In this document: in pieces, positions 34,501 through 49,037 of the stretch
How positions within the stretch are numbered: the first letter of the stretch is position 1
Layout of the letters: the number at the start of each line of letters is the position of its first letter
Source: Penicillus capitatus
Taxonomy: Eukaryota; Plantae; Chlorophyta
Direction: 5' to 3'
Length of the DNA: 64,000 bases
NCBI GenBank assembly: GCA_965649825.1
Contig: OZ287705.1
Location: forward strand, 638,990 to 702,989
Notes under the pieces: generated by a model
Database searches by the model: none
Seen by the model: the letters and a program-made list of their open reading frames with translations, nothing else
What the model was told of the DNA's origin: nothing
Translations under genes and position numbers: made by a program

Positions 34501-36888
34501 CGAGCAGGACCCGAAGATCCGTCTGGAAATCCCGTTCTCGACGAGGAAATGCTTTCCCGGGGAGACGACTGTGGGCAAGGAGTGCAGCAGGTGTCCTCGA
34601 GAGTTCTACGGATTCGACCCATCGCTGCCGTGTCTGCCGTGCGAGAGCGGCGCCGAGTGCGGCGGCGGCGCAGCGATGGTCCCCATGGAGGGTTACTGGC
34701 ACTCCAATCCGTTCTCCCCCGTCTTCAGAGAGTGCATCAAGTCGACTGCCTGCGCGTACACAGACAGGAGGCAGAAGCTGGAGGCGTTCCACGAGGACGC
34801 CGACAGAGTCCAGGAAGCACTGCGAAATCTGGACAGAGACGTCGACGAAGCCGGATGGAGGACGGACTCCATAGACTATCCGGTGTGCAACGAAGGTTAC
34901 CGAGGATTCCTGTGTGGATCCTGCGACTCAGGATACGGCCACTCATACACGGGAGATTGCGAGAAGTGTCCGAGCAGAGATTCCTCGGTTTGTCTGTTCT
35001 TTCTGAGCTCCGTCTGGCTCTTCGTCATCATCGGAATCAACAGCGCCATCACAGTGACCTCCATGCGCTCCACCGTCGAGCGCGTGAAGTACGAGAGGAG
35101 CGCAACACTCAGAGACAGACGCCGTCTCTTTCAGCGAACAAACCATGTCCGAAGAGCAGAGGCAGTGTTGCCCCGACGAACATCTCTGTCAAGAGGTGGT
35201 TCCCGACAGCATTGCATCTGAGATCTTAACAGTGTGTTTTTGTATCTGACAGCAAATCTGGATCCAGTCGATGACGCTGCCGTCGGCGATACAATTCTCC
35301 TCGCCAAGAACCTCGCGGCGACTGGTCAGCTGAGTGAAATGCTCAAGGTTCGCGGCATTCATGTGCTCATCTCTTGTTGCTTTGATTCTTGCCATCCAGA
35401 TCCTCATCAACTACCTGCAGATCACCAGCGTGGCGCTCAGAGTGCATGTGGAATGGCAGTCGTCCTTGAAGCTGTTTCTCGAAGCCGAAGGTTCGTCGTT
35501 TCTGGCAGGGAATGATGCTGATCGTGTTTGTCTGTGCAGCTGTTTTGTCCGGCCTCTCCACCTCAGCGACATCAGACGACGTCGAATGCAGTTTCCAGGA
35601 GAGCGTTATTCAGGCGTCCATCGCCGCCACATGGACTCAGCTGTCCATTCCGTGGATCGTGCTGACTGCGCTGCTACTGACCTGCACAGTCGCCTGCCTC
35701 GTACTGAAGATCAAGTCCGGATTGGCCAGCTCGGCCCAGTCGTCCACGCAGGTCAGCTTCGTCCGCTTTGTCACCTACGTCGTGGCTATCTCCATCGTCT
35801 CGATACACTTCTTCTTCCTCGACGCCGTGAGAGAGCTGTTGGGGACCGTCAACTGCATCAGAGTCGACGATCTGGATCTGGAGGGCCATCCCTACGCGCA
35901 GTACTCCACAGAGACCGTCAACAGACTGGTGTGGACAATGGATACCGAGGTCACCTGTTTCCAGGGAGCACATCTGCCGCTCGGCGTCGTCGGATTCGCG
36001 GGACTCGCCCTCGCCTTCCTCTTCGTTTTGCTGATCGTTGTCTGGGTGCCTCTGAACCGAAGACATGCAGAAGACCCAGAGTTCATCGCCCGTTACTGGT
36101 TCGTGTACCAGGGCTACGGAGAGGAGTGGTACAGGAGGTCATGGGAATCGGTCATCCTCACCCGAAAGGCACTGATTGCTGCCGTGGTGTCCTTCTCTGT
36201 GCACCTCAGCCTCGGGCTGCAGGCGAACATGTGCACAGGGATCCTGACCATCGCCGCCATCCTCCAAGCCCTCTTCCTCCCGTTCAAGACTCCGGAGACC
36301 CGACAGAACGTCCCAGACTACGCAGATGGGCTGCTGCGCTCAATGTATCTGCCGAAACTGGGAAAGGCATGGGTCGCCTTTAACAACGCCGTCAATCTGA
36401 ACCTTCTGGAGATCATGTCCCTGGCATCCTCCATCTCTGTATTCTATTCCGCCAACGTCTCAGTCGATCTCACTTCAGGCGAGTCTGGCAGCACCGCGAT
36501 GTTTTCATTCGCCTTTGCCTTGAACATTCTTTTCTTGCTTTATGTTCTGTACCGCATGTATGCGGGCGTCCACGTGCTGTTCGATCTGAAGCTCGAGCTC
36601 AACAATCCGGGTTTCTTGAGCGTGTATGAGAACGGGATGGGTCTCTTTTCTTTCTTCGTCAAGGTCCGCGTCCTCGTTTCTGAGTATATGCGTAGCGACG
36701 ATGCACTCACGTCGGCCAAAATCGACTCGAGTGCTTCGATCGTTGACGGATCTTCCTCGGCAGAGACGAATGACGCGGAGTTCACTCTGCTTGCCAGAAT
36801 CAAGAAATGGTCCGGCATCTGTTGTCGCCAATCTCCTGTCTCCACAGATCGTTCGTCTAACACTCCATCGGTCCACACCATTGTGTAG
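31549..36888 (+). CDS. Giant membrane protein P1: signal peptide, right-handed beta-helix (Pmp-like GGAI/FxxN) ectodomain, Cys-rich domain, and ~8-9 TM C-terminal module
   Basis: N-terminus RWALLCFAAVLFALPQIRG; repeated DGGAIF, AGGAIY, GGGAIA, SGGAMY with FxxN spacing; CSRCPREFYGFDPSLPCLPCESGAECGGGAAMVPMEGYWHSNPFSP..EC; TM1 SSVCLFFLSSVWLFVIIGI; QLSEMLK|ILINYLQITS; ARYWFVYQGY..YRRSWESVILTRK. Multi-exon with ~50-nt introns; exact junctions not all resolved. Confidence 0.85.
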
Positions 36889-38728
36889 TTTTTTCTATTC
36901 TTTACAGTTGCGAAGCCTTTTGGGCCCAAACGTTCAGTCAGTTGTTTTCCTTTACTGGATCCGTCGGTTGGGTATTCTTTGAAAGGCAGTGGGTGTTACA
37001 AGATGGAATGCTGATTTCTCGATAAGCCATGATTGTATAGTGTGCGTTTGGATCTGTTGTCCCTAATCTGCATTGTGGGACTTCTATGAGATGAATCCAT
37101 TATCATTTGTGTGGTTGGTTTCGTATGACAGTCGCATGTTAAGCGAGTGCTGTTGAACGTTAAGCGCGATCCCCCTCACGGAAGCCATCCTGGAAGATCT
37201 CACTGCGACAGCAGCGTTCGTTTCGGAATTTGGAGTCTAGCGTCGGACGTGCGTCATTGCCAGAAACTGTGGATGGGACAGAGACGATAGTCAGGGTACG
37301 CCAAGCGCTTTCCTCGGTGATGTGACAGCGAATAGCATACTCCGTCAACCTCTTGCAGACGGTGCCGTCGTTACCCGTGGACGAGGATGAAGACTATAGC
37401 GACCAAAATTACGTAGTATTGACGTGGCAATCTCAATGGACAGGCGTTCTGTCGTCAGGTCTCTGTTGGATGCAACAAGAATGTACGCCCTCGACTGAGC
37501 GAAGCCATTCGTACTGTCAGCCAACACAAACGAGACAGTTGTACATAACAGGTCGCACTCTGTAACTGCTGCACCGATGGAAGAGAGTGACATGCTTACT
37601 GCTCACAACGCGTGATAGTGTTCACACGCGTCTGTATTCTGTGCGCACCTGGCTGCGCTTTACCGAGTTCGGTGTCTTGTGCGCTGGAGTTTTTCGCCAA
37701 TCGTGGCCATTTGCACGGCGCGACCACGCCACCCTTTGTTGCGCTAACGTTGCGCGTCACTAGTGTGATGTCGTAGCTGCTGGCGTTCATACTAAACGCG
37801 TTCTATCACACGCAGAGCGTCTGACCGCGACAGAGGGAATTGCATGCTCGATACCTTCTTCGTATCTAGGCGTTCGACACTGTGGCCAACGGAACGACCG
37901 TCGTCTCTTGTCGCCGTCGCCCGTAGCAGACAACGAATTCTTCGGCGAAGTCGCTCAGACAGGACAGCGCGGCTTAATTCACACACAGCGGAACATTTGT
38001 CGCCCAATGGACGGACTGCACATAATCACAAACGAGCGCAAGGCTTGCAGCTGTCGCATCACGGCGCCAATGTCCAGTGTCGTCTGTGCAGAGAATAGCG
38101 CGACAGGATGCTGATGTAGTGCGACCAAGCCGTCGGTGTCCTTCCATCACCGAGCTGGAAATGAAAAGAGTGACTTGTCAAGCGCTGTCTGTATTTAAAC
38201 GCATGGTCATTGTCTTGGTCTTCGTGGATGTCTGCCTTTTGATCGCGCGACCGCGCATGGGAAGATGGACGTAAATGGAAAGAAAGGGAGGGATGCCGTT
38301 TCGCATGCGATTGGTCAAAGTCGGTCCGCTGCTGAAACGGCAGCACTGCGGCGTTTGTAATCTCTCGCAGAGTGCATGCGAAAACCCGCAGACAACGATC
38401 AGGCACTGTTCTCTGAGTAAGGGCTGCGGGAAGGGGTGGGTGTTCGGTTGATGGCTGCGATCATCTGGAAAATGGTAAGCACACAAACAAACACTTAAAC
38501 ACAAACAAACACTATTCATTGCACGCATCGGTGCACAGCATTCACTTCTCCTATGATTCAGCAGTGGACACACACTGAGAACAGTTGATCAAGTCAAACA
38601 ATTGACAAGCACTTGATGGAATGCGTCTGCAGAGCAGAAGAAACAAAAATCTCTGCAGACAGACAACAGCAAGGATACTCACATACAGTTGAATGGAGAC
38701 AGGGTGTGTGTCAAAGAGACAAGGGCCT

Positions 38729-41700
38729 TCAGTTTGCCGAACCAGATGGCATCAGATTTCCTCTGCTGAAGTACGCGTGCATTTCGTCCTCCCGTTCGTT
38801 CATCCTCTTCAAGCAGCTGCTGGAGTAGGCGTGAAGCCAGAGGGCCTTGCGAACGAGGGCGACTGGCCCTAGACCTTTTGCCTTTTCTGGATCGAACAAT
38901 GCAGTGTTGCCTCGATCCGAAAGATCGTTCGCTTGGCCTTCGAAGAAGGTAATCGACATGTCCAGCATCAGATGCGTCCCAGCGTAGAGACGATGCAGCA
39001 TGTAGAGGACGTAGAGGAGGTTCAGGAAGAACGTGGCCGTCGCAACAACGTCCTTTGCCGTTTCGGAGGCATTCGGGTCGTAGCTGACGATTCCGGTGTA
39101 GAACACCGAGATCGACACGAGCATGGAGGCTGCCTCGAGGCCGTTGAGAGACAGCGCCCCCAGCAGATAGCGCCATCCCCAGGACACAATCCCCGGCACA
39201 ATGAATTTGAGATTTTCAAGGAACTGGCCGCAGTACTCTGGCACGTTCGGATGGTCTTCGTTCTCTTCGAACGGCCTCTCGATCCAGTGAACGGCCAAGG
39301 CCACCAAGAGCACACCGAGGGCAGCGGTCGCTTGCAGATTCGGCCCCAGACGGATGGCGAACACGACCGACGCTTGAATCAGAGCCTTTCTGAGGAAGAC
39401 CACGCCTTCCCAGTACGGTCCCAGCCTCTCTTTCTTGTAGCTGTTGTAGAGGAAACCGTAGCGCTTGGCGAAGACGGGATCGTTCCATCTGTCCTTGTTC
39501 GAATTTATCCAGAAGAAGATCCAGATGATGAGCAGGAAGGAACAGGTGAGGCCGGCGCCTCCCACCACGCCCGTTGCCCAGTGATCGTCCTGGAAGCAGT
39601 AGAGAGTGGGGTTCTGTGTCCACACCCTCGACACTCTCTCGATCGCGTAGTGTGCGTACGGGTGATCACGCCCCGAATCCTGTTCGTCTCCCAGATCCTC
39701 GTCGACTCGGATGCAGTTGACGGCCTCCATGAACGTCCCTGTTATGGTGCTGTACGCTTGAAAGATGAAGACCAAGAAAATGACGACGATGTTGGCTGTC
39801 GAATCGTCGCGCGCCTTCTTCTTCTGTCTCCGTTGCACGGCACGATCCCCATTCTCTCCACTGTCGTCTTGAGATGCATCACTGTCGATGTTTTCATCGT
39901 CCGTCGTCGGCAGACTGCTGGATGTCGCTCTCTGCTTCCGCTCCTTGTAATAAGTCATCATCGATTCGATAGCAAAGAGCACGGGCAGAGACGCCAGATG
40001 CAAGACCGTACGATACCAGAAGATGTGAATCGAATGGGAACCGGACAGGAAATCGTTTTTGAAGGCGCATTCCAGGGGCTCGTAGAAGAGACCATTGCTG
40101 GCCGAAACGAGCGAATCTAGACAGCACAGCATCGCCGATCGCAGGTCAACAGATAGACAGTGTGATCTGCGTTGTACTTTGTACGGAAAGAATGTAGCGA
40201 ACGGGTGGAAACCACGAGACGCTGATGGAGGACGCTGCGCTCGTCACTTGGAGGTAGTTGACGAAAATCTGCCAAACACATCGCACGGAAGAAGGGAAGC
40301 GGAGAGGTGCACACTTTCATGGTTTCGCTGAGCTTCTCTCGAGCGATGACGTAATCGGTGACCAGCGGTTCTCGCTCCTTTGTCGACGGCTTGCGCATCC
40401 AGATGTTCTTTAGCAACCCCCCTGCAGGAAAACGGCGAAGGATTTGACTCGACCGGCGAAAACAGGATCATAGACGAACATCGGTTGGCGACGGCAAGTG
40501 TCACAGTACGGCGCAGACGAGCACGGGCTCCGGTATCTGTCAAGGAACGGCGCAGATCAACTAGGATTTCGGCATTTGTCGAGGAACGGCGCAGACGAGG
40601 AGTTTCCTCAGTGAGCCGTTGAGTGAGATCTGGAGGCGGCGACATCACGGATCAGTGCACAAGAGTGATGGGACGCACCTTCCGTCGAGGTCTGCACAGA
40701 CGAAGAGGGTCCAGGATCGAGTTGGCTTGGTGGCTGGATCTCCCGACGGTCGTTCCGAAAGACATCGGTCATTCTAAAGGACATGCCACTGCGCAGTCGT
40801 CCTTTTGAATTTCGCGTTATGGCCGCCACGGCGGTAACATTCTCCGATACCAAAGCAGATGTCGTCGAGATCTGGATGCCCATCAAGAAGATCGTCAGCA
40901 GAAAGCTCAGAAGGGATGTCACTGCGAAGCGTGTGTTCCCCAAACACCTGCGACACTTGCCGTCGTCCATGCGACCGTAACCAGCGTCGCACGCTCCGCA
41001 GAGGATGCCTGTATACCCGTCGGCACATTGCCGATAGTCATCGTACACTGGGTGCGTCCCTTCCTTCGCCACATACGCATTCAGCTCTTCCAGATCTTCG
41101 AGGACGCGCGTCAAGTTCTTGTGATACTTCGCCAGAGTCTCGCCTCGGTTTTCGTAGACGCACGCGCCTTGGATGAAGCACTCGTGGAACTGAGGCGAGT
41201 ACGGGGTCGAGTGCCAGTGGCCATCTTCTGGGACGAGGACCGAACCGCCAGGGCATTTTGCATGCTTCTCGCAATCCAGACAGATAGATGAGGGATCGAA
41301 GGCGTACTGGTCATCTGGACACGGCGCGCAGGAGGTCTCCATTTTCACTTCCCCCGGGAGGCATTCCCGCGTTGTGAAATCCAGCTTCGCACTCAACAGC
41401 TTTCCATCGCCCTTTTGGTAGCGGAACTCGATGACGGACGTCTGGTCCACGCCGACGCCTTTCGTCTGGTTGACGTTGATCGTCCCATTCTTCGCACGAT
41501 ACGTCTGCTCGCCGAGGATGTCCGAAGACAGGGCAAGCACCACAAGACCTGTCACAAACAACGGCTCAAGGACTCGAACAGTGTCTCGTGCTGTGTGTAG
41601 CGTGCTATCTCACCGGCGTCCGGAATGCCGCCAGTGATTGTCTGGTCGAACGCGTCCCTGACTTCGATCTTGACGCCGTCTTCGCGATCGTCTTTACAGT

Positions 41701-44481
41701 CTGTCGTGCTCTTGCATGGCGGCATCAGTCGGTCGCCTCCCTTGTGGTCCGTGATCTTGCCCGATGGCGGATCGACGATCAACAGAGAGTCGACGCCGCT
41801 AGCCATGTTCGGGCCGTAGATGCCCCCACACTCCTTCAGACAGACCACATTGCCTGCGCGTTGTGTACAAGAGCGTTACCAGAACGGTGTTATCCTCAAA
41901 CAGAAAGCAGTCCTTCAGTGGAGTGCTGTCCATCTGAGCTTGACTCAGTGACCATCTCTCTGCATTCTCGTTGCACCCAACTATCACCAGCTCCGGTTCC
42001 GTCGCGAACAAACCGCCGGCTCCGAAGGTGGCATTGTTCCTGGCAAATGTCGTGTTGAGTAGGTGGAAGAGCCGACATGGCTCGATGTCAAACGTCTTGG
42101 ACTGGCAGCCGGAGTTTTTTCCGGTGCTCCAGTTTCCAGCGATACTCACAAACATGCCGCCTGCGCGGTAAGACAATACGATCTCTGTCTCTCAAGGATT
42201 GGCGTGTTACCTCCGACGAGTGCATGGTTGTCTTCAAATTTGAGGTTGCGCGTTTTAACAGCTGCCTTTGCTCTCGTTGGAACACGATCAAATACGAAGC
42301 AGGCGCCGCCGCCGCCTCCATCGCCGCAATCCCTCACCGCAGAAGCTTCTTCGACGTCGGTATCTCCTGCAGCATTCTCTGTGACATCTGACAACGACGT
42401 CGACAAAGTCTGCCGTCGCCTGGGCAAAGACGCGCCCTTGGTTGATGAATGATCCCCAAAGCCGTCGAAACCAACAGCCCGGTTCTCACTGAAGAGACAG
42501 GTGATGAGCTACAGCAAGCGTCCGCGTGTCAGCACGATGGGATGATGATCGCTTGTCGTACGTACCTCGAAGCTGTTCTTTTTCTGTCGACTGCCTTCTA
42601 CGAGCAGTCCGCCGCCAGACACTGCTACGTTGTTGACGAATACAGTCAAACGACTGGCTTCCGATGATTTGAAAATCACATTCGCCGTGGCTCGAAATGC
42701 TGCTCCTCCGCCGTGTCTCGCTGAATTGCCCTCAAAGCGGCACTCTTGGATGTTGACAATGTCATTCGAATCCAGTACAAACAGGCCACCTCCATCTCTG
42801 CTGGCGCGATTCTTTTTGAACGTCGCCTTCCGCAGTTCCATAACGCCGCAGCCAGCACACATGAGACCTCCGCCATCGACGGCCGAGTTCGTATCAAAGA
42901 GGTTCTGCTGTTCGCTCGACCCATCTTCGGAACTACCCTCTGCTGGTTTCGCCTTAAACTGTGCACCGTTGGTCAGCAAGATGGCACCGCCGAGGTCAGC
43001 CTTGTTCTTTGACCATGTTGCATTGCGCGCCACGATGTTGCCGCTGTTGCGAAGAAGTGCTGCTCCTCCCGCCTGTCCAGCTTCGTTTCCCTCGAACGTG
43101 CATCCATCGATTTGAATGTCGTTTTGAAACACGGTAACCATGTGAAGCGCGCCGCCACTGGATTGGGCACGGTTGTCTCGAAAGACGGTGTTGGACAGAC
43201 GGAAGATTTTCAGTTTCGAAGTGGCAGAGGCGACATAGATGGCACCGCCGAGTCTGCTGTCCCAATTGTTGGGCTCTGAATCGACGACTCTAGCTTCGTT
43301 CTCTCGGAAGTCGCAATCGGTTACGCGGATCGAGATCTTCTCCTGAAGTCCATTGTAGTCCGTCGCATCCAGTACGGCGTAGATGGCTCCACCACTCACG
43401 CCCTTGTTTGACAGAAACTGAGTCCGGGTCACGATGATGTCATCTGTCGAAATCGCAGCGATCGCTCCGCCGCCGTTCTCCGGCGACTCGAATTCGAAGT
43501 AGACATCGTGTTCGATCGGTTCGCCGGCTTCTCGGCGAACGTCTCTCACATATCCTTCTTCCGTCACGATGTTGTTCTCAAAATACGAGTCCGAGATTTC
43601 GAGCTGCGTTCCAGGATAGGTGGCGTAGATCGCTCCGCCATTGTCCCAGGCAAGGTTGTCGACGAAGCTGGAATGGACGACCTTGAACGCGCACTGTTCG
43701 CCATAAACAGCGCCGCCAATCGCCGCCTCATTTTCTCGAAACGTACAGTTTCGGATCTCCACGTTCAGGTATGGAAGACCGCTATCTTCATTCAGCTGTC
43801 CCCGGGCACAGATGGCTCCACCCGATGAAGGATAACCTTCATTGAGATTCTGCCGAAAGGTCACTCGGTCGAAGACAACGCTCTCGGGCGGAACGTTGTC
43901 CATGACCGAGAGTTTAATGTTCACGGCAGGACTGTTCTTGCATCCTTCAAATGTCATCGATGCGATCGTGACGTTCGGCACCCTGATCGTCACACAGAGC
44001 AGTTCAGAGGCGGCAGGGAGGCAATGGTCTCGATACTCGATGTTGAAGATGCCGTCTTTTTCGGGACACACCAGTACCGTCGATTCGGTGGATGCACCCT
44101 CGAGGCGCACATCGTATCGCGCTATCGTCAGCCACTGGGTCAGCTCGAAAGTGGTCCCCGCCAAGACAATGCTCTGTCCGCGTTCGACTGTGCCAAGTGC
44201 GTCTTCCAGCTCGCCGACATCGGACACGTATACTTCAGCGGCTTTCGTCTGCGCGAGATGTCGACCTGAAACATGAATGGCATCGACAGGCGAGCGTGAG
44301 AGAACGCGTGTGGTAAGTCGAAGGAAGCGCTTTGAAATGTAACCGAGGGAAGAGAGACGGTGACACTCGACATGTCGTGTATGGTACCTGGACCGACATT
44401 CCGTGCCGTGTCGTCACGGAAAGGACTGGCGGTGGCGTGATAGAGCAGTAGGATGATGTAGATGATGGCGCGAAGAAGCAT
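38729..44481 (-). CDS. Giant membrane protein P2, with the same architecture as P1 and P3
   Basis: MLLRAIIYIILLLYHATASP signal; 572-aa ORF rich in GGAIC/GGAVY/GGAIY/GGALH repeats; CAPCPDDQYAFDPSSICLDCEKHAKCPGGSVLVPEDGHWHSTPYSP; REKLSETMK; C-terminal ORF with KRYGFLYNSYKKERLGPYWEGVVFLRK and several TM helices; TGA at 38729. Confidence 0.87.
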
Positions 44482-45727
44482 GCTGGTATCGGCAGCGTCC
44501 GTCAGGTTTTCGAGAACGTGGATCGACGATGAGGATAAAAAGCCGAGGCAGACCGAATGATCGATTCCTTCGCGTTTCCGTCTGGAAATGAGACGGACGC
44601 TGCTGTCACTGACATCCAGGACGACGCCGCGTCTACTGTACCGCAGAATCCAACAGCACCGTGCAGTCAAAAACGTCCCATCGACCAAGTCGAAAGTTGA
44701 CAGACACGCGAGAGGTGTTCAGGTATGAGTGAGATGCTCTCCATGTTGTGCTCGAGCATTTGCTGATGTCAGTCGGATCGGTCGAACTGGGAACAGACAG
44801 ACTCCATGAATCTGCCATATGAGGGCATCATGGATTCCGAAGGCCTGTGATCCAGAAGCGATCACTCCTGAGTCTATCTGGAAGCGAAGGCAGGTCATGA
44901 TGCTTCTCCTATCAATGGGAGAAAGACTCTCTGGCGTTCTTATGCCGATGGCAGCGTCATGGCCAGAAGAAGCGGTCACGGTCTGTTGCGCGTTGGACAA
45001 CGGTGTGGTTGGTCCATTCTGTTAGTAAAAGCTGTGAACGAACTTGATGTGACGTCATTGGACACGTGGCAGCCAGCCACCATGCAACACTCGTGACGCC
45101 TGCGTCCAAGCCGTTGCAAAGTAGGCGCGCCTCTACGTGCTCTGCGCCCCGCTGTCCTGTTTGAAGATGGTGGGTCAGCCTCTGCATCGATGTGATGAAA
45201 AGCACGTCGACGAGCACCTCCCTGAAAACGACGCGGTCGCTTCTGCAGTGCCTTCGACGTTCGATGACGACCTATCTCATCGTACGGACGACCGCCATTC
45301 CGCCGCATCCATTCTGTTCTCACCTCGAGCAATCCATCGGCCACGAAGGTACTTTCCCTGAGATGACGGATTCCTTGTGCTCATGGCAAAGAGCGAGGAG
45401 AACGAATGTCATTTCGCGTGAAGACAGGACTTTCTCGAATGCGCGTTTCGAACTGGCGCCGTGCGTGCGAAGCTGCAGAGAGTGACCTTCGCATGCATCT
45501 CTCAGAATCAGAAGTCACCTTACACACAGAGGCGGGTGCCGAACAGAGAACGCAGCCGAACAGAACAGGCAGCAGGAAAGCTGCCTCTTTGCGAAGGACC
45601 TGTCCCTGGATGTCTTCCTTCGTGTGCAGAAGCAGTCGCCGTGTTTCAGAGGCATGGAATGTGGATGATTTACGTTACAGTCGACAATGTCCAAGTGCGA
45701 TACAAGATAAAAATATCGACAAGTGTC

Positions 45728-46323
45728 TCATAAATCATCTTCGTGAGGGAAGATAGCGGATCCGAAATTGATGGCAAACGTTTCGCACCTAGGAGCAGGG
45801 CACACGCTGAGTGATGGAGACAGGGTCAGCGTCGACGGCGGACCATATGGATACTGTCCGGATGTCGTCCCATGTCAGAGTCTTGGGCAGTTTGAAGGTC
45901 AGGACCTCGGATCCGTCGTAGGGATCTCCGGGAGGCAGCATTTCCAGCAACGTCTTTTCATCATCCGGCGGATTGTCGCCGTCCTCCACCGGCTTCTCGA
46001 AGGCCGTGACGTAGACAGCAGGTCCCTCGCCGTCCCACCTAAGCACGCGACCAATGATGTGACGTAGGGGGCCACTCGGACGCTGACGTGAAGTTCATGA
46101 TTCGAAAGGAGCAGTCGTCCTTGGGCACGACGACGCCGGACACCTGTAGGACACAGCAGCGTCGGACGGGCGTTGCACGGGACGTCCAACGGACTTCGTG
46201 GTCGTAAGTGGCGATGGGACATTCGAGTCCGACGTAGGGATGCTTCTTCCTGCACTTCTTCTGCCCCGCGACGCAGAGCAGGAGACAAGAGAGGAGACAG
46301 AGCGCAGGCCACATCCGCGTCAT
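45728..46323 (-). CDS. Small protein with a signal peptide and a single DM13 domain (4 exons)
   Basis: MTRMWPALCLLSCLLLCVAG..ATYDHE|VSGVVVPKDDCSFRIMNFT|WDGEGPAVYV...YDGSEVLTFKLPKTLTWDDIRTVSIW|CETFAINFGSAIFPHEDDL-TGA. H.VSG.V, NF..DG.GP and SIWC...NFG are DM13 hallmarks. Confidence 0.85.
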
Positions 46324-49037
46324 CTGCCAACAGCCATGCGCATGGGTGGAGACTGTCGAGGCGACGAACCGTGGACCGTCGGAGAGACATTAGACACGAC
46401 GGCTGTCAGTCGAAGAAACGTCAGTCGTGCTGCGTTTGCGTGGCTTTTCGAGTTCTTCCGGAGACAGAGCAGAGGGGGAGACAAACAAGAGAGTTATAGT
46501 CAGGAAAGGCGACGGCCTTTAATAGGGGCATTGAACAAAACGTCATGCATGACGCGAGAATGGCGTGACGTACTCGGCGGGATAGTCAGAGAGTAGATGT
46601 AAACGCGAAGATGCAGCGCATTGATGACGCGACGGTCACATCGGTCACCGTCCGACGAATCGCACGTCGGAGTCCGTTATCGAGGAACCCTTTCAGGCGA
46701 TGTCGTTCACAACCTAGATGTGCAAAGCAAAAGGACAATCCCACTGACAAACGAATCACCGACGAAGCATCTTCTCTGAACAGTTACTGCACCCCATCGC
46801 TGCCCGCCAAGAAAGCAACGCCAAAGAAGATCAAGATTATCACCACGAGATACAAAGAAACGAAATCGCCAGTCGACAAAGGGAGTGCTGGAAAGATATG
46901 ATGCAACAGAAAAGCATGTGATTGCCTATTCTTTCGACGGCATCATGGACGATCTGTTCTGAACAGGCAGGGCGCTGAAGAGAGCGGTCGAGAAGTGGCA
47001 GCAGAGACACGTGGTAATGTCCAGTTGTCTGATGGCCGGTTCCCTTGAGGGAGCCCATCCAGTGGTCGATACTCCACCGCACAAAACTGTGATCGGAGCA
47101 TGTGCTGCGTCGTCTTCGTCTCCTCGAGAGTGCCTACTAGAAGAAGAGACCCTCTCAGATTTTCCAGCACCTCTATCTGGGAAACGCCCTGTCAGCTCAG
47201 AGCGTTGTCGGAACATGAGAGGCATCTGTATGGCTCGTCATCTGTTCTTTGCGTCGAAGATCCGAGGCCCTCTGTTGAACGCTGCCCTCTAGATGGACAG
47301 AGACAGGAGTTTCAAAGAAGAGCTTAGTTCACATGCAGTCTAAGCACAGATCTGTGTCGGGGAGATGAATCTGTACTGTACACGCATGCTGTGGATAGGC
47401 CATCGGTGAAGTGATTCGCTCCTCACTGACGAACAAACCAGAGATCACACCAGGGTGATGCTTCATCAAGACAACAAACCTGTCAACCATGTGCAAATGA
47501 TTCGACTGGAATGCGGGGAAGCAATTGGATCAGGCAAGAGTACGCCGTAAACTCGTGCAGATAAACAGACAGAAGATGTGTGACATTATCGATGGTGTTG
47601 TGTAACAGAGAGACGTCGTTACTAGCTGAGTTTCTCTATTCTGTCTGACGACTTGTCTTTTCGCATGATCCAATATCCTCACACTCTTTGTGCCATACAT
47701 CACTCTTTTTGCCTTTTCTCCCTCAGTGCATCTGTGTACTCTCTTTCTCTTTTTCTGAGCTCTTGGTGACGCATCAGGTGTGGAGCAACGCAGTCTCTGA
47801 TTCCGTCTGCCCGTCCACTTAAGTGCCTCCGATGACGTTAGAACGCTTCTGCAAAGACGACAGTTGTCCATCCGAGTCTGCAGATCTGTGATCACTGTAC
47901 CTGCCCTCTAGGGAGTTCCAGAATCTCCGTTTTCTTTACCACTGCTCCATCCTGCAAACTGTGATCCTTTCTCTTCGCCCTTTCTGGAATACATCTTCGA
48001 GACGGCGGCGGCTATCTGTGTGTGACCTGTCGATGTGGTTGTGGGATTGCATCCCTACATCCACGTCCGCGTCTGTCGCCGCCTCTTCGATTTCTAGTGT
48101 CGGAGTCTCGTTCTTATCGACTAAGACGGCAGCAATGTCGCGTCATTTGGCAGATGCGTTCTGCAGATGAAGAACCTCCTCCACTGTACTATCGCGTATC
48201 CACATCCTCCCATTTCTTCAAACAATGTCCGCCACCCAGTGTTCATTCCCCTTCGTAAACACTGGGTGGTGCACTCTTCTCTATATGGCGCTAACGATAA
48301 GACACCAGAGATATCATTCCTACCGCCATGCACAGGACCTTCGATAAACGCAGCAAACAAATGTCAGCCGAGGAATCGTGAAATCGCTATGCAAACCAAT
48401 ACATCATCTAGCTTGGAAGAGCACAATGACCACGGTGTTGGTGTCGGAGGGTGTGTGCCTGCCATTCAGCAGCTTAGAATGGATGAGTGCTTTCTTGAAT
48501 GCTGATCTCATCGTGTGGTCGATCATTCATCACAGACTCATTAGGACATGAGTCTGTTTCTAGTGTCTGTGAAGACACCCATTCCTGCATACAACGACTA
48601 GCACCTCTAACTGCAGTGATTGACTGTTGGGGAGCTGTGCTGCGCTGTCAGCAACCGTTTGGTAGATAGAGACCGTTCTTAGATCGACGGTAACAAACCA
48701 TCCGCGGCGCTCGCGCAAAGCGGCTGCAGACGGATAGAGGAACGGCTGGACGCGACTCACACGTCCTGCAAGCCGCAGACTAACCGTTACAGCACAACTG
48801 CGCTCTGACGAATGGAGTCTCTCCATCCTCGTTTCAGAGCACTTGGCACGCGTACCGACTCGGAAGAGAGATAACCGAATGCAGACGGCAGCCGCGTGGC
48901 GAATGGCAGCACGAAACCGCCGGAGGAATAAAGTCCGCCCGCCACGGCGATTCTTCATTCGCGAATTCTCTGTTCGAGAAACACACGAACTGTCTGTCCA
49001 TCTGAGCTAAGCCGAACTCTGCGCTGACGAAGAAAGC

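Noticed and set aside
38933-40120. Long antisense ORFs over P1-P3 (e.g. 38933-40120 +, 54450-55022 -, 58242-58808 -)
   Set aside because: These are shadow frames of GC-rich coding sequence with no independent motifs.
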